Virus record (IMG/VR): IMGVR_UViG_3300017987_005500
Reading direction: 5' to 3' (one strand)
DNA from: a virus
Taxonomy: Duplodnaviria > Heunggongvirae > Uroviricota > Caudoviricetes
DNA: 64,000 bases
Shown: positions 50,201 to 58,067 of the stretch, piece by piece
How positions within the stretch are numbered: the stretch's first letter is position 1
How the letters are laid out: the number at the start of each line of letters is the position of its first letter
Notes under the pieces: generated by a model
Databases searched by the model: none
What the model saw: only the letters and a program-made list of their open reading frames with translations
Told to the model about the DNA's origin: nothing
Translations under genes and position numbers: made by a program

Positions 50201-50566
50201 ACCGATGAGGAAATAGAGCAAGCTCAAGCATTACAAGAAGAAGCTCCAGAACAATCTGCTGAAGAAGCTGCTGATGAGATCTGGGAAGAAATGGAGGAAA
50301 GAGGGGAAGTTCAAGCAATACCTGCTCCAGACCGAGAAAATGCAGAAGACATAAATGAAAATCCTGACCGAGAGGAAATGGAAGAAAATGCTGCTGAAGA
50401 AACGACTAATGAAATGGCACAAGATGTATTTGAAGAAACAATAGTTAATGAAGATCCAGACATTGACCATGTTCAACAAGTTGTTGAAAATGACATTCAA
50501 ATATCTATTGAGGATGCCCAACAAGCAATGCATGATGAAATGAGAATGAGAAATTTAGAATCATAA
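47282..50566 (+). CDS. Giant protein with N-terminal prokaryotic E2 (Prok-E2_D/PRTRC protein B-like) domain and acidic disordered tail
   Basis: LP..CR, EEAP..RT, LSFPYLVY, PL.SLDD.L..P.LTN....VCTG (Cys195), WW..FN.DL; sits next to JAB, E1 and Ubl genes. Confidence 0.72.
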   Translation: MSSEHIRVGLKNPTDKNEIVINRHHISVVKSSTYFNNRYRDDKKLDKCAVERIATYNSRTKINNLLSVNDSASGEILPANCRYFHKTANGSTILVMEEAPSIRTIKVKLDLLSEAVELQKVGKLEKYGYVEFLEQSPPGPYEIALSFPYLVYVIDINKDKGVEKFNVYFRVHPLTSLDDYLIRPFLTNMDNSEVCTGNIKLPKTKGRRTLIDITETYITAWWEYEFNTDLSENYNKYAEKGPPELQGYLSWAYFTQYDPMFIFSIDWLMYDYKLSSVIENKLVNRGQSSGEYTFEDLMKMLTTTSSGLPTHDRYTDNIIVKDKILSVGDDVIIDDELLYVLAIDLNNASGEVSAILFEDEKDNEIVKKYNDELSEKIYAHINNISDTFNHGGHEFKVNDVVEVDIHNHDSSMVPQYRIFKGFRKTRDGIVEVRLGKAYHIEESINIRPIDMDKLTIDGVKPQKDVKYLLKRCGSSGFQFTKTFVAEFTEIKVLSSGKIASIFRYTDEYGDRQKISLDMVGTPSYNVLDLPNYSTPEVFIVGRRLYTQNLREPWAFFTNDKRDPIYYNRKIQSHNTKELIEYITTQKDRLYIPGIHENIDFKVGDDIIVANWENPYEMTIIQTIIRFEYKNDRFTGDFHANVVCKDHQGIERWYTIVEISLTGPKVNVGLIRKAYRTYDGIVAGSKIRAKVPRLGMFPKKDVNKIVAFIETGATPLMICSNLCTLWANQETYEKFDIFPPTHPKYYGMKIAPYDTKKIKRQFGDYIYHKEDDRLYYNVMENNQYLRAVRVDPSFSANDELYKGSELENKLVYYGFQLPRITPTVRQTLNYEAQFQTIYGPHIETTTSIVPTSRMIPMPYVNTERNFELELERTENEIIQVTQPTPPTQDIDEVEDEDFPEEESEKTMNDIEQVASGASSPPAPAGRFDRLRERPQMTWTNTATSSDYYREYNQEIMFRRLHEPQAFRSFDNPEQTDEEIEQAQALQEEAPEQSAEEAADEIWEEMEERGEVQAIPAPDRENAEDINENPDREEMEENAAEETTNEMAQDVFEETIVNEDPDIDHVQQVVENDIQISIEDAQQAMHDEMRMRNLES

Positions 50567-50578
50567 GGAGAAAATTAA

Positions 50579-51646
50579 ATGTTTCCAGTATATGTTAATG
50601 ACGGAACCCAAGAAGTACCTGATGCAGATATATTTTACATAATTGGTAAAGATGGAATTTACTTAAGGAAAAAACTTGGAAGACTTGATGCAATTGTCCC
50701 GGTTGATAAAATCTCAACACTTGGAGATGTTGAGACAATGGCGACATATGACTTACCTCCAATTCCTGCATTGCATTTTGCTAAAGTTGTCTCATTCTTT
50801 AAAGTAATATATGAGATGCATAAGAGTGAGGCAATTGTATTGGTACATTTTGATGAGGAAAATGAAAAGTTTAAACTTCAATGTCCACATCAAAAAGTTA
50901 CAAGAGCGGGACTTGATTATATAAGAACTGTAACATTTCCTGGATATACAAAAGTATGTACTATTCATAGTCATTCGGATATGAGTGCTTTTCATTCAGG
51001 AACCGACGATAAAGATGAAGAAGACACAGATGGACTTCATATCACGGTAGGTCATTTAGACTGGGATGATGGAATGTTTGATTTATCAGTTTCTGTAGTC
51101 ATCAATGGAAAAAGATTTATGGTTGAAGCGAGTGATTATATTGAGGGTCTTACACAAGTTGAAGTTGAAGAAACGAAACCTCATTATATAAGCACCTGGT
51201 TTAATTCATATTTAAATGATGATTCAGATCCTGACGTTAAATCGGGTTATAAAATGGGTCTTCCTGATTCAAAAATGACATTCAATAAAAAATGGTTAGA
51301 CTATGTGACCGTTGAGTCTGTAAGACGTGGTTATTATATGGGCAGTGTTCATTATGGAGGTGGTGGACATAGAGTCCATAGTGTTGGAAGTCCTCATTAC
51401 AAAAATAACCAAAAGATAATCGAACATCATTTTGGTGCTGACAACAACGATGAAGATACACATGATTTCAATCCCTGTTTGAATTGTGTATTTTCTGAAC
51501 ATAAACTTCTTCAAGAAGTTGAAGATGAAGATATTGACCCTAATGATGTTGAGGGTTATGACATTGTTGGTGGAGATGAACACAATCACAGACCAATCAC
51601 ACATGAAAATCAATTATTAGACGGAGGTGATGAGCATGGAAATTAA
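50579..51646 (+). CDS. JAB/JAMM metalloprotease (deubiquitinase-like, PRTRC protein A-like)
   Basis: Catalytic E (HKSEA) plus exact HxH-x7-S-x2-D (HSHSDMSAFHSGTD), then DE..G.H...G. Confidence 0.9.
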   Translation: MFPVYVNDGTQEVPDADIFYIIGKDGIYLRKKLGRLDAIVPVDKISTLGDVETMATYDLPPIPALHFAKVVSFFKVIYEMHKSEAIVLVHFDEENEKFKLQCPHQKVTRAGLDYIRTVTFPGYTKVCTIHSHSDMSAFHSGTDDKDEEDTDGLHITVGHLDWDDGMFDLSVSVVINGKRFMVEASDYIEGLTQVEVEETKPHYISTWFNSYLNDDSDPDVKSGYKMGLPDSKMTFNKKWLDYVTVESVRRGYYMGSVHYGGGGHRVHSVGSPHYKNNQKIIEHHFGADNNDEDTHDFNPCLNCVFSEHKLLQEVEDEDIDPNDVEGYDIVGGDEHNHRPITHENQLLDGGDEHGN

Positions 51647-52328
51647 GAATATTAAGATAATTGGTCTTGGTGGAATTGGTTCAATTCTTACTGACAAAAT
51701 TTGCAGATTTATGTCATTTGGTAAATTTGCAAATGATGACTGGACAATCACTTTAATTGATGGTGATGACTACGAACCCAAAAACAGGGAAAGACAAGAT
51801 TTTATATACTTAAAGAACAAAGCATTATCCAAACAAGAAGAGCTTAATGCCAAGTATGGTGTCAATACAGTTCAATATGTTGTTGAGTCTTATATTGATC
51901 AAGACAATGTAAAACAATATATTGGATCAGGCGATTTAGTCTTTATGTGTGTGGATAATCACCAATCCCGTAAATTGATATCCGACCATGCGGGAACGTT
52001 AGACGACGTTATAATTGTTTCTGGAGGAAATGACTACATTGATGGAAATGTGCAAGTATACGGAAGAGAAAATGGAAAAGACATTTCCCCATCATTAACA
52101 TCTTTTCATCCTGAAATAGACAGTCCTGATGATAAACACCCAAGCGATATGTCATGTGAAGAATTGGCAGACTCAGTTCCTCAATTATACTTTGCCAATT
52201 TGACTGCGGCAACAGTTATGTGCTGGGTTTTATATGCTTTGATTCAGGAAAAATTTAACTTTGGAAAACCTGAAGTTTATTTTGACATCGAGATGATGTC
52301 AATTGTAGGCAAGATGAGAGCTGTTTAA
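51627..52328 (+). CDS. ThiF/E1-like activating enzyme
   Basis: IIGLGGIGS, DGD.YE.KN.ERQ, K, CVDN..SR, SGGN; candidate catalytic Cys177 (MSCEE) followed by PQL..AN. Confidence 0.9.
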   Translation: MMSMEIKNIKIIGLGGIGSILTDKICRFMSFGKFANDDWTITLIDGDDYEPKNRERQDFIYLKNKALSKQEELNAKYGVNTVQYVVESYIDQDNVKQYIGSGDLVFMCVDNHQSRKLISDHAGTLDDVIIVSGGNDYIDGNVQVYGRENGKDISPSLTSFHPEIDSPDDKHPSDMSCEELADSVPQLYFANLTAATVMCWVLYALIQEKFNFGKPEVYFDIEMMSIVGKMRAV

Positions 52329-52349
52329 CGAAAAACTATTTAACGAAAA
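52324..52349 (+). repeat. TTTAACGAAAA direct repeat (2 copies) in the Ubl leader
   Basis: Copies at 52324-52334 and 52339-52349. Confidence 0.55.
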
Positions 52350-52360
52350 GGATTAAGAAA

Positions 52361-52888
52361 ATGGCATCAAAGTACACAAAAGAGAAACTGTCCAAACTTA
52401 ACAATGTTGAACTCCGAGAAATTTGCAAGAAAAAGAAAATTCCTGGAATGTCAAAGAAACGTAAAGATGTTATGGTTGACGCAATACTTCTTGCTCATGG
52501 CGGAACGAAAGCAAATGCCAAATCTTCCAAGAAAGCTAAGACTCTCGGAATTGGAAAAGATGGCGAACCAACTAAAAATGCTTCCGAAGCAAAGAAAGAT
52601 GACAAACTTCAAGCTGCAACATTTACTCTTAGCAGTGTTTTGACAAAACCATCTGCAAAATATGGTGATCGAACAACCACGACAATTCGCGTATCATCCG
52701 GCGCAGCTGCAGGCGACTTCCCTGTAACAGGAAGAACAGTATCTTCTGTTAAATCATTCCTCTCTGAAGTTCTCAATATTTCCAAAATGTCTTCTCCAAT
52801 CGTCAATGGAAAACAGGTTGAAGATAATTATGTAATCAAACAAGGTGATGAACTTGAGTTCTTGAAACCAGCAGGTCAGAAAGGGTAA
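52361..52888 (+). CDS. Ubiquitin-like (beta-grasp) protein with N-terminal HeH/Rho-N/SAP-like domain and C-terminal Gly
   Basis: aa 5-45 L.KL...ELREICKK..IPG.SK.RK..MVDAIL; aa 105-175 G.TV..V..L...LNI..VNG..V...Y.IKQGDELEF.K.AGQKG. Confidence 0.82.
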   Translation: MASKYTKEKLSKLNNVELREICKKKKIPGMSKKRKDVMVDAILLAHGGTKANAKSSKKAKTLGIGKDGEPTKNASEAKKDDKLQAATFTLSSVLTKPSAKYGDRTTTTIRVSSGAAAGDFPVTGRTVSSVKSFLSEVLNISKMSSPIVNGKQVEDNYVIKQGDELEFLKPAGQKG

Positions 52889-52908
52889 TTAATTTAATCA
52901 ATAGACTT

Positions 52909-52928
52909 CTATATATATAATTATATGA
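52909..52928 (+). promoter_or_regulatory. Putative promoter, motif class A, copy 4
   Basis: CTATATATATAATTATATGA (last two bases run into the hairpin). Confidence 0.5.
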
Positions 52929-52969
52929 GAAGGGGAATTTTTGTAATATAAAATTTCCCTCTCATATAA
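52921..52969 (+). terminator. Long imperfect inverted repeat after the Ubl gene
   Basis: TTATATGAGAAGGGGAATTTT...AAAATTTCCCTCTCATATAA, about 20-bp stem with one bulge and one G-U pair. Confidence 0.6.
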
Positions 52970-52992
52970 ATTATTTAGGAGACTTTTTTATT

Positions 52993-53397
52993 ATGACCGT
53001 TAAAATCACAAAAGATTGTGGAGATGGAAAATTTATAGCAGAGAATGAAAAAGGACAATCATTTAAAATCTTTACAGTTGATAGAGCTAAAATTCAAAAA
53101 AGTCATGACGACAGAGTTGCACAAGTTGCACAAGCAATAAATAAAGACGACATAGAAAGATTATTTTTAACAACTTTAGAATATTCAACTAAACCAATTG
53201 ATATAGATCATTGGAGAAAACTTGCTGAGGATTTAACTGTTTTCTTGAAAAGGTTATATACTCAAATTGGAAATCCTAATATTTTTCATCATTACATTAA
53301 AAATATTGATCCAGATTATTATGGTAAAGCTGATACATTTAGGAAGGAATGCAAATCTTTACATAAGATATGTATAGAGATTAAAAATAAACCTTGA
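52993..53397 (+). CDS. Hypothetical protein
   Basis: ORF with aggag RBS. Confidence 0.5.
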   Translation: MTVKITKDCGDGKFIAENEKGQSFKIFTVDRAKIQKSHDDRVAQVAQAINKDDIERLFLTTLEYSTKPIDIDHWRKLAEDLTVFLKRLYTQIGNPNIFHHYIKNIDPDYYGKADTFRKECKSLHKICIEIKNKP

Positions 53398-53457
53398 CAA
53401 TTTAAAGTACTAATACAATTATTATATGTAATTTAAAACGAAAGGTGGTGATAAACG

Positions 53458-53703
53458 TTGGCATATTCTGAGAAGGATGACAAACTTATAAAGTTATTTG
53501 AATTTGGAGATGAGGATGCAGCACTACATTTTTCTATATTCTCATATGATGGAGGACCCAGGAAAATCCAAATGACAAGAATGTTTAAGAAGAAAGACAA
53601 CACACAAGGTTATGGTAAAGCAGGAAGAATGACTATCGAGGAAATGAAATATTTAAGAGATAATTTAGATGAAATCATTTCCGTAATGGAAGGAGAAAAT
53701 TGA
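53458..53703 (+). CDS. PC4/YdbC-like ssDNA-binding transcriptional coactivator-like protein
   Basis: SYDGGPRKIQM.R...GK.GRMT.EEM..L; TTG start with aggtggtg RBS. Confidence 0.7.
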   Translation: MAYSEKDDKLIKLFEFGDEDAALHFSIFSYDGGPRKIQMTRMFKKKDNTQGYGKAGRMTIEEMKYLRDNLDEIISVMEGEN

Positions 53704-53734
53704 ACAAATTAAATTGTTAGGATAGGGGAGTAAC

Positions 53735-54607
53735 ATGCGTATTTGCGTTATTGGGTTGGGCACAATAGGTGGATTCTTTTCACAATTTATTTCTGACTTT
53801 AGAGATGTGACTCATTTGACTATTATAGATTATGATAAAGTTGAAAAGAAAAATCTAAAAAATACTGTTTTCAAGAGAAAACATATTGGGATGTTAAAGA
53901 TTGACGCAGTTGAAGAAATTATCAAAGAAACAAATGAAAAAATTACCCTATCGAAGTATGACATAGAGTTTAATGAAGACAAATTTGATTTAACGCCATA
54001 TGATTATGTGGTTGATTGTAGGGACTTCACTTACAATCGAAGAAAAGTTAACATAAGACTTTATTTTTCAGGAAGACAATTAATTGTAGATTGCAGAAAG
54101 AAAGCGACCTACGAAACTCCAATGGAAGGTTATTATACAACAAAGCTTACAAAAACAGATGTTATTGGAGCTGTTAATGCTGTTGCATTATTATTTAACA
54201 AAAAGATTGTGAATAAATTTATAGACGAAGAGATAGTATATCGTTATGAACTTGATGGATCGAATATCGAAGCATGTGAATATATTGATCAAAGATCAAA
54301 AACTCCTGATATATTATATGAGTCCTGTGATGCGGAGACAAATAAAGGAGAAGACTCTCTAATTAATTTACATGAGAATCTCCAACCAATTTTGGATATG
54401 AATACAAAATCTGCTACGACATTATTCGTTGGACCAAAAGACTTTCCAACTATGGAAAAAGAATTTCCGGCTGGAACATTAACATCGTTTTCAGATGTTA
54501 TAAAATCCCTTGTGAATGCTATTAATTTACCATTTGCATATAATTACTATGTAGTATCTTCAGGGAAAAATGTTATTGAGTTGATTCCTGATACAGGAGC
54601 TGCTTAG
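53735..54607 (+). CDS. Second ThiF/E1-like enzyme with probable C-terminal beta-grasp (Ubl-like) domain
   Basis: VIGLGTIG, IDYDKVE.KNL, G..K, VVDC.D; C-terminus ends VIELIPDTGAA. Confidence 0.78.
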   Translation: MRICVIGLGTIGGFFSQFISDFRDVTHLTIIDYDKVEKKNLKNTVFKRKHIGMLKIDAVEEIIKETNEKITLSKYDIEFNEDKFDLTPYDYVVDCRDFTYNRRKVNIRLYFSGRQLIVDCRKKATYETPMEGYYTTKLTKTDVIGAVNAVALLFNKKIVNKFIDEEIVYRYELDGSNIEACEYIDQRSKTPDILYESCDAETNKGEDSLINLHENLQPILDMNTKSATTLFVGPKDFPTMEKEFPAGTLTSFSDVIKSLVNAINLPFAYNYYVVSSGKNVIELIPDTGAA

Positions 54608-54609
54608 AA

Positions 54610-54951
54610 ATGTTAAAAGAAAATTATTTGGTTAAGAGAAAGATAGTACCCAAAAGGGTATTTTACAGAGGTAGAGAGACAGAAATAGAGGAAATTGATG
54701 ACCATTTAATTATAGAGAAATATAGAGTTGTATTAATAGACGACAAAATTATGAAAATACTTTTAGTTGATTGTCGTCATCCGAATGCTGACCCGTATAC
54801 CGGAGAATATTGCCTACCATACACTCTAAAAGGACTTAAGTTTACAAAAGAGAATCTTAAAAAGATAGACAAATCTCTTGAATTATATAACCTCTTAAAT
54901 TGTTACGAAATTCCATATGGACATTTCAAAGTTGTTGGAGGAAGATTATGA
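54610..54951 (+). CDS. Minimal E2/UBC-like protein
   Basis: HPNADPYTGEYCLP matches the UBC HPN-x7/8-C-L active-site signature (Cys68); starts 2 nt after the E1-like gene. Confidence 0.68.
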   Translation: MLKENYLVKRKIVPKRVFYRGRETEIEEIDDHLIIEKYRVVLIDDKIMKILLVDCRHPNADPYTGEYCLPYTLKGLKFTKENLKKIDKSLELYNLLNCYEIPYGHFKVVGGRL

Positions 54952-55151
54952 GTGATGAAAAACCTTCTGCAGAAGAGCTAACTAAACAAGAAATGCTCGG
55001 AGCAGTTGATGACATTGATAGCGCATTTAAAAAAATAGGTAAACGTTTTATAACAATTGCCACTGGCGGACTTGAAGAAATTACTTCAAAGCTATGGAAA
55101 CGTAATGTGTCAAAAGTAAAATCTTCAATTCAAGGAACTAAGGAGAGCTAA
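54900..55151 (+). CDS. Hypothetical protein (likely start MSDE at 54948)
   Basis: RBS ggagg; ATGA overlap with the E2-like gene. Confidence 0.5.
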   Translation: MLRNSIWTFQSCWRKIMSDEKPSAEELTKQEMLGAVDDIDSAFKKIGKRFITIATGGLEEITSKLWKRNVSKVKSSIQGTKES

Positions 55152-55152
55152 A

Positions 55153-55371
55153 ATGGAAGGAATCTTAGGAGAGCAAGTACGTAAAGAAATTGAAGCGATT
55201 ATAGATGAAAAGATAAATGATAAAGAAAATAAACTGACAAAAGACGAACTCAATGAGATTGTCTCTTCTTTGATTCCTTCATTAGATGAACTTGTTGCTA
55301 AACAAGTAAAACACCATATGGTTCTTATAGCACAGTATGTGATTGAACAACATGGAGGGAAATCAAATTAA
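55153..55371 (+). CDS. Small helical protein coupled to beta' copy 2
   Basis: RBS aggag; TAATG overlap. Confidence 0.55.
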   Translation: MEGILGEQVRKEIEAIIDEKINDKENKLTKDELNEIVSSLIPSLDELVAKQVKHHMVLIAQYVIEQHGGKSN

Positions 55372-58067
55372 TGCCAAAACTACTGGATCAGAAAAAATTC
55401 TGTGAAGATCTTAAGGAAGTGACATCTCCTAAACCAATAATTAAGAGAAGATTTCATCCTGATGGACTCTTCTCTGAGCAAATCTTTGGTCCTATTAAGA
55501 ATTACACATGTCAATGTGGTACGTATTATGGTGTTTCAAAATCTGGAGGAACTTGTCCAATATGCGAAGTTGACATTTTAAGTTCTGTGGAAAGAAGAAG
55601 AAGGTTTGCAAAAATCACTTTGCCAATTCCAGTTGTAAATCCTTTATTTTATGATTTACTTGTGAATTTAGGTGGAAGTGATTTAAAGAAAGTCATTGAT
55701 GTTCTCATGAAAGATGAGAAAAGTATTTTGTATATGCATGAAGATGAATATGTTGCAACAACCGAAGCTTCTGTAATTCCAGAAGGAGCAGCAAGAATTG
55801 ATCGAATTGAAGCTATTGAAGAATTAATTAAAACATTAGCTACTGGACTTTCAGCTGATGGAATTCCTGAATGGAAAATGGTACTTGATAATATTGATAA
55901 ATTGCTTTTACATGAAATTGTAGTATTACCAGCTGATTTAAGACCTGCTTCAAGAGGAATTGATAGCGCACATCAAAAGGCAGATACCATTAATAGATAT
56001 TATACGCAAATTCTCACAAAACGAGAGATAATGCTTTCAACTATAATTGACATTAAGCAGGATAAATCAATATATTATCAATATTATACTCCTCTACAAA
56101 AAGATGTGAATGAATTATATAATCACATCTTAGAAAAATTATCAAAGAAGGAAGGACTTATACGGGGAAATATATTAGGAAAGAGAATTGATTTCTCTGG
56201 CAGAGCAGTTATAATTCCCGACCCGTTACTTAAACTTGATCATTGCTGTTTACCATATCTTATGGTACTTGAATTATTCAAAATTCAAATAGCAAAGAAG
56301 CTTATTGAAAAGAATAAATTCAAGATGATTAATCAAGCAGTTGACTTTATTGAAAAATGTATGGAACTCGACAGTCCCGTATTATTTGAAATTGCTAAGG
56401 AAGTGATTGAAGGTGAAGTATGTATGTTGAATAGACAACCTTCTTTACACAGACTTAGCATGACTGGATTTTATATTACAATATCTTTAGATAAAGTAAT
56501 TAAAATTCACCCATTATCTTGCTCAGGATTTAATGCAGATTTTGATGGTGATCAAATGGCAGTTTATATTCCAATAACTGAAAAAGCAAAACAAGAAATC
56601 ATTGAAAAATGTTTGATCACAAGAAATTTCATAAATCCATCAAATGGAAGTTTGGCACCAACACCCTCGCAAGATATAATATTAGGAATATATGCTTTAA
56701 CCTCAAATGTTTTCCCCGACTTAAGAAATGAGGTTGAGTTTAAGGGCAAAATGATCACGGAAGGGAGGAAAATATTTAATGCCTGCCTTCCTGATGATTA
56801 TCCGATTATTGACGATGTAGTTATAAGCAAGAGACTTATTAGAATATTAAATGACGTAGAGTCAAAATATATATTCTCAGTTACTACAAAAGTTCTTGAT
56901 CATATTAAAAGAGTTGGATTTAAATATTCAACTCTATTTGGAGCAACTATTTCCTTAGGTCAATGTAAGATTGATGGAGTTAGGAGTTTCAGAGATACGT
57001 TATACGAAAGTGATGAAGTTTCAACACAATTAGAGCAAGTTAATGGTTCTTTAGCTACAAATATGCTTAAAGAAAATTTTGCATATTCATATATGATAGA
57101 GTCAGGATCACGAGGTTCTTGGGATCAAGCACGACAAATACTCCTTACGAGAGGGTTTATTTCAAATTTTAATTTGGAAATATTACCTGAACCAATTAAA
57201 CATTCATTGATTGAAGGGTTGACAAGAAGAGAATTCTTTCTTTCAACTTATGGATGTCGTAAAGGATTATTAGACGTTGCCTTGAATACCGGGACCTCAG
57301 GATACCTTTCTCGAAAACTGATTTTTGCATGTGTAAATGTAGAAATTGATCTTGAATTAGAAGATTGTGGTACTGAAGATTGTTTAGAAGTTTATGTTGA
57401 TGATGCACCAAAAGCAATTCTTCTAATAGATAGATATTATGTAAAAGATGGTGAGTATATTAAGATAACAATGGATAATTTCAAAGATATAGTTGGAGAA
57501 GTTATCAAAATAAGAAGTCCAATATTTTGTAAATCTCCTCAGATATGTCATAAGTGTTATGGGGATTTATGGAAAAAACTTCACAGCAGATATGTTGGAG
57601 TAATTGCTGCTCAATCATTAGGAGAATGTAATACTCAATTAGTTCTTAGGACATTTCATACGTCGGGTGTTGCAACTTCCAAAGGAGATATGCATCAAGA
57701 TGATATTGTTGGGGATTTATCAAATGCCTCAAAGAGTCTTCATGATGTAAAGAATAGCAATTATAAAGATATTGTTGATAAGTTATTTAAGATTTACAAT
57801 ACAAATCGAAAAATTTACCATGTTCATTTTGAATGTGTAGTTTCACAGTTAATGTGGGCAGGGTATCGAAAATGGAGACTCCTTGAAAATAGAGATTCTG
57901 TGCCACCTGAGTATATCTCAGTTCAAACGGTACCGAGTAATGAGAGTTGGTTATTAGGACTCGCATTTTCAAGACCAAGGCAGCATATTGTAAGAGGATT
58001 ATTCAAAGCTGGTAATTATCAAGGTGTTATGGATAAACTATTAACAGGAGAGGATATACATAGATGA
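55371..58067 (+). CDS. rpoC: Multisubunit RNA polymerase beta'-like subunit, copy 2 (putative non-virion RNAP)
   Basis: DGLFSEQIFGP, zinc ribbon CQCG..CPIC, LGKRIDFSGRAVI, LNRQPSLHR, NADFDGDQM, TSGYLSRK, CHKCYG, TQLVLRTFH. Confidence 0.96.
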   Translation: MPKLLDQKKFCEDLKEVTSPKPIIKRRFHPDGLFSEQIFGPIKNYTCQCGTYYGVSKSGGTCPICEVDILSSVERRRRFAKITLPIPVVNPLFYDLLVNLGGSDLKKVIDVLMKDEKSILYMHEDEYVATTEASVIPEGAARIDRIEAIEELIKTLATGLSADGIPEWKMVLDNIDKLLLHEIVVLPADLRPASRGIDSAHQKADTINRYYTQILTKREIMLSTIIDIKQDKSIYYQYYTPLQKDVNELYNHILEKLSKKEGLIRGNILGKRIDFSGRAVIIPDPLLKLDHCCLPYLMVLELFKIQIAKKLIEKNKFKMINQAVDFIEKCMELDSPVLFEIAKEVIEGEVCMLNRQPSLHRLSMTGFYITISLDKVIKIHPLSCSGFNADFDGDQMAVYIPITEKAKQEIIEKCLITRNFINPSNGSLAPTPSQDIILGIYALTSNVFPDLRNEVEFKGKMITEGRKIFNACLPDDYPIIDDVVISKRLIRILNDVESKYIFSVTTKVLDHIKRVGFKYSTLFGATISLGQCKIDGVRSFRDTLYESDEVSTQLEQVNGSLATNMLKENFAYSYMIESGSRGSWDQARQILLTRGFISNFNLEILPEPIKHSLIEGLTRREFFLSTYGCRKGLLDVALNTGTSGYLSRKLIFACVNVEIDLELEDCGTEDCLEVYVDDAPKAILLIDRYYVKDGEYIKITMDNFKDIVGEVIKIRSPIFCKSPQICHKCYGDLWKKLHSRYVGVIAAQSLGECNTQLVLRTFHTSGVATSKGDMHQDDIVGDLSNASKSLHDVKNSNYKDIVDKLFKIYNTNRKIYHVHFECVVSQLMWAGYRKWRLLENRDSVPPEYISVQTVPSNESWLLGLAFSRPRQHIVRGLFKAGNYQGVMDKLLTGEDIHR

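Noticed and set aside
51627-52888. ThiF/ThiS or MoeB/MoaD cofactor biosynthesis genes
   Set aside because: No ThiG, MoaE or sulfurtransferase nearby; E2 and JAB neighbours and a multidomain Ubl favour protein conjugation. A sulfur-carrier role is not formally excluded.
53394-53425. Sigma70 promoter (TTGACA at 53394)
   Set aside because: The best -10 candidates (TACAAT, TATTAT) are at 14- and 20-nt spacing, outside the usual 16-18.
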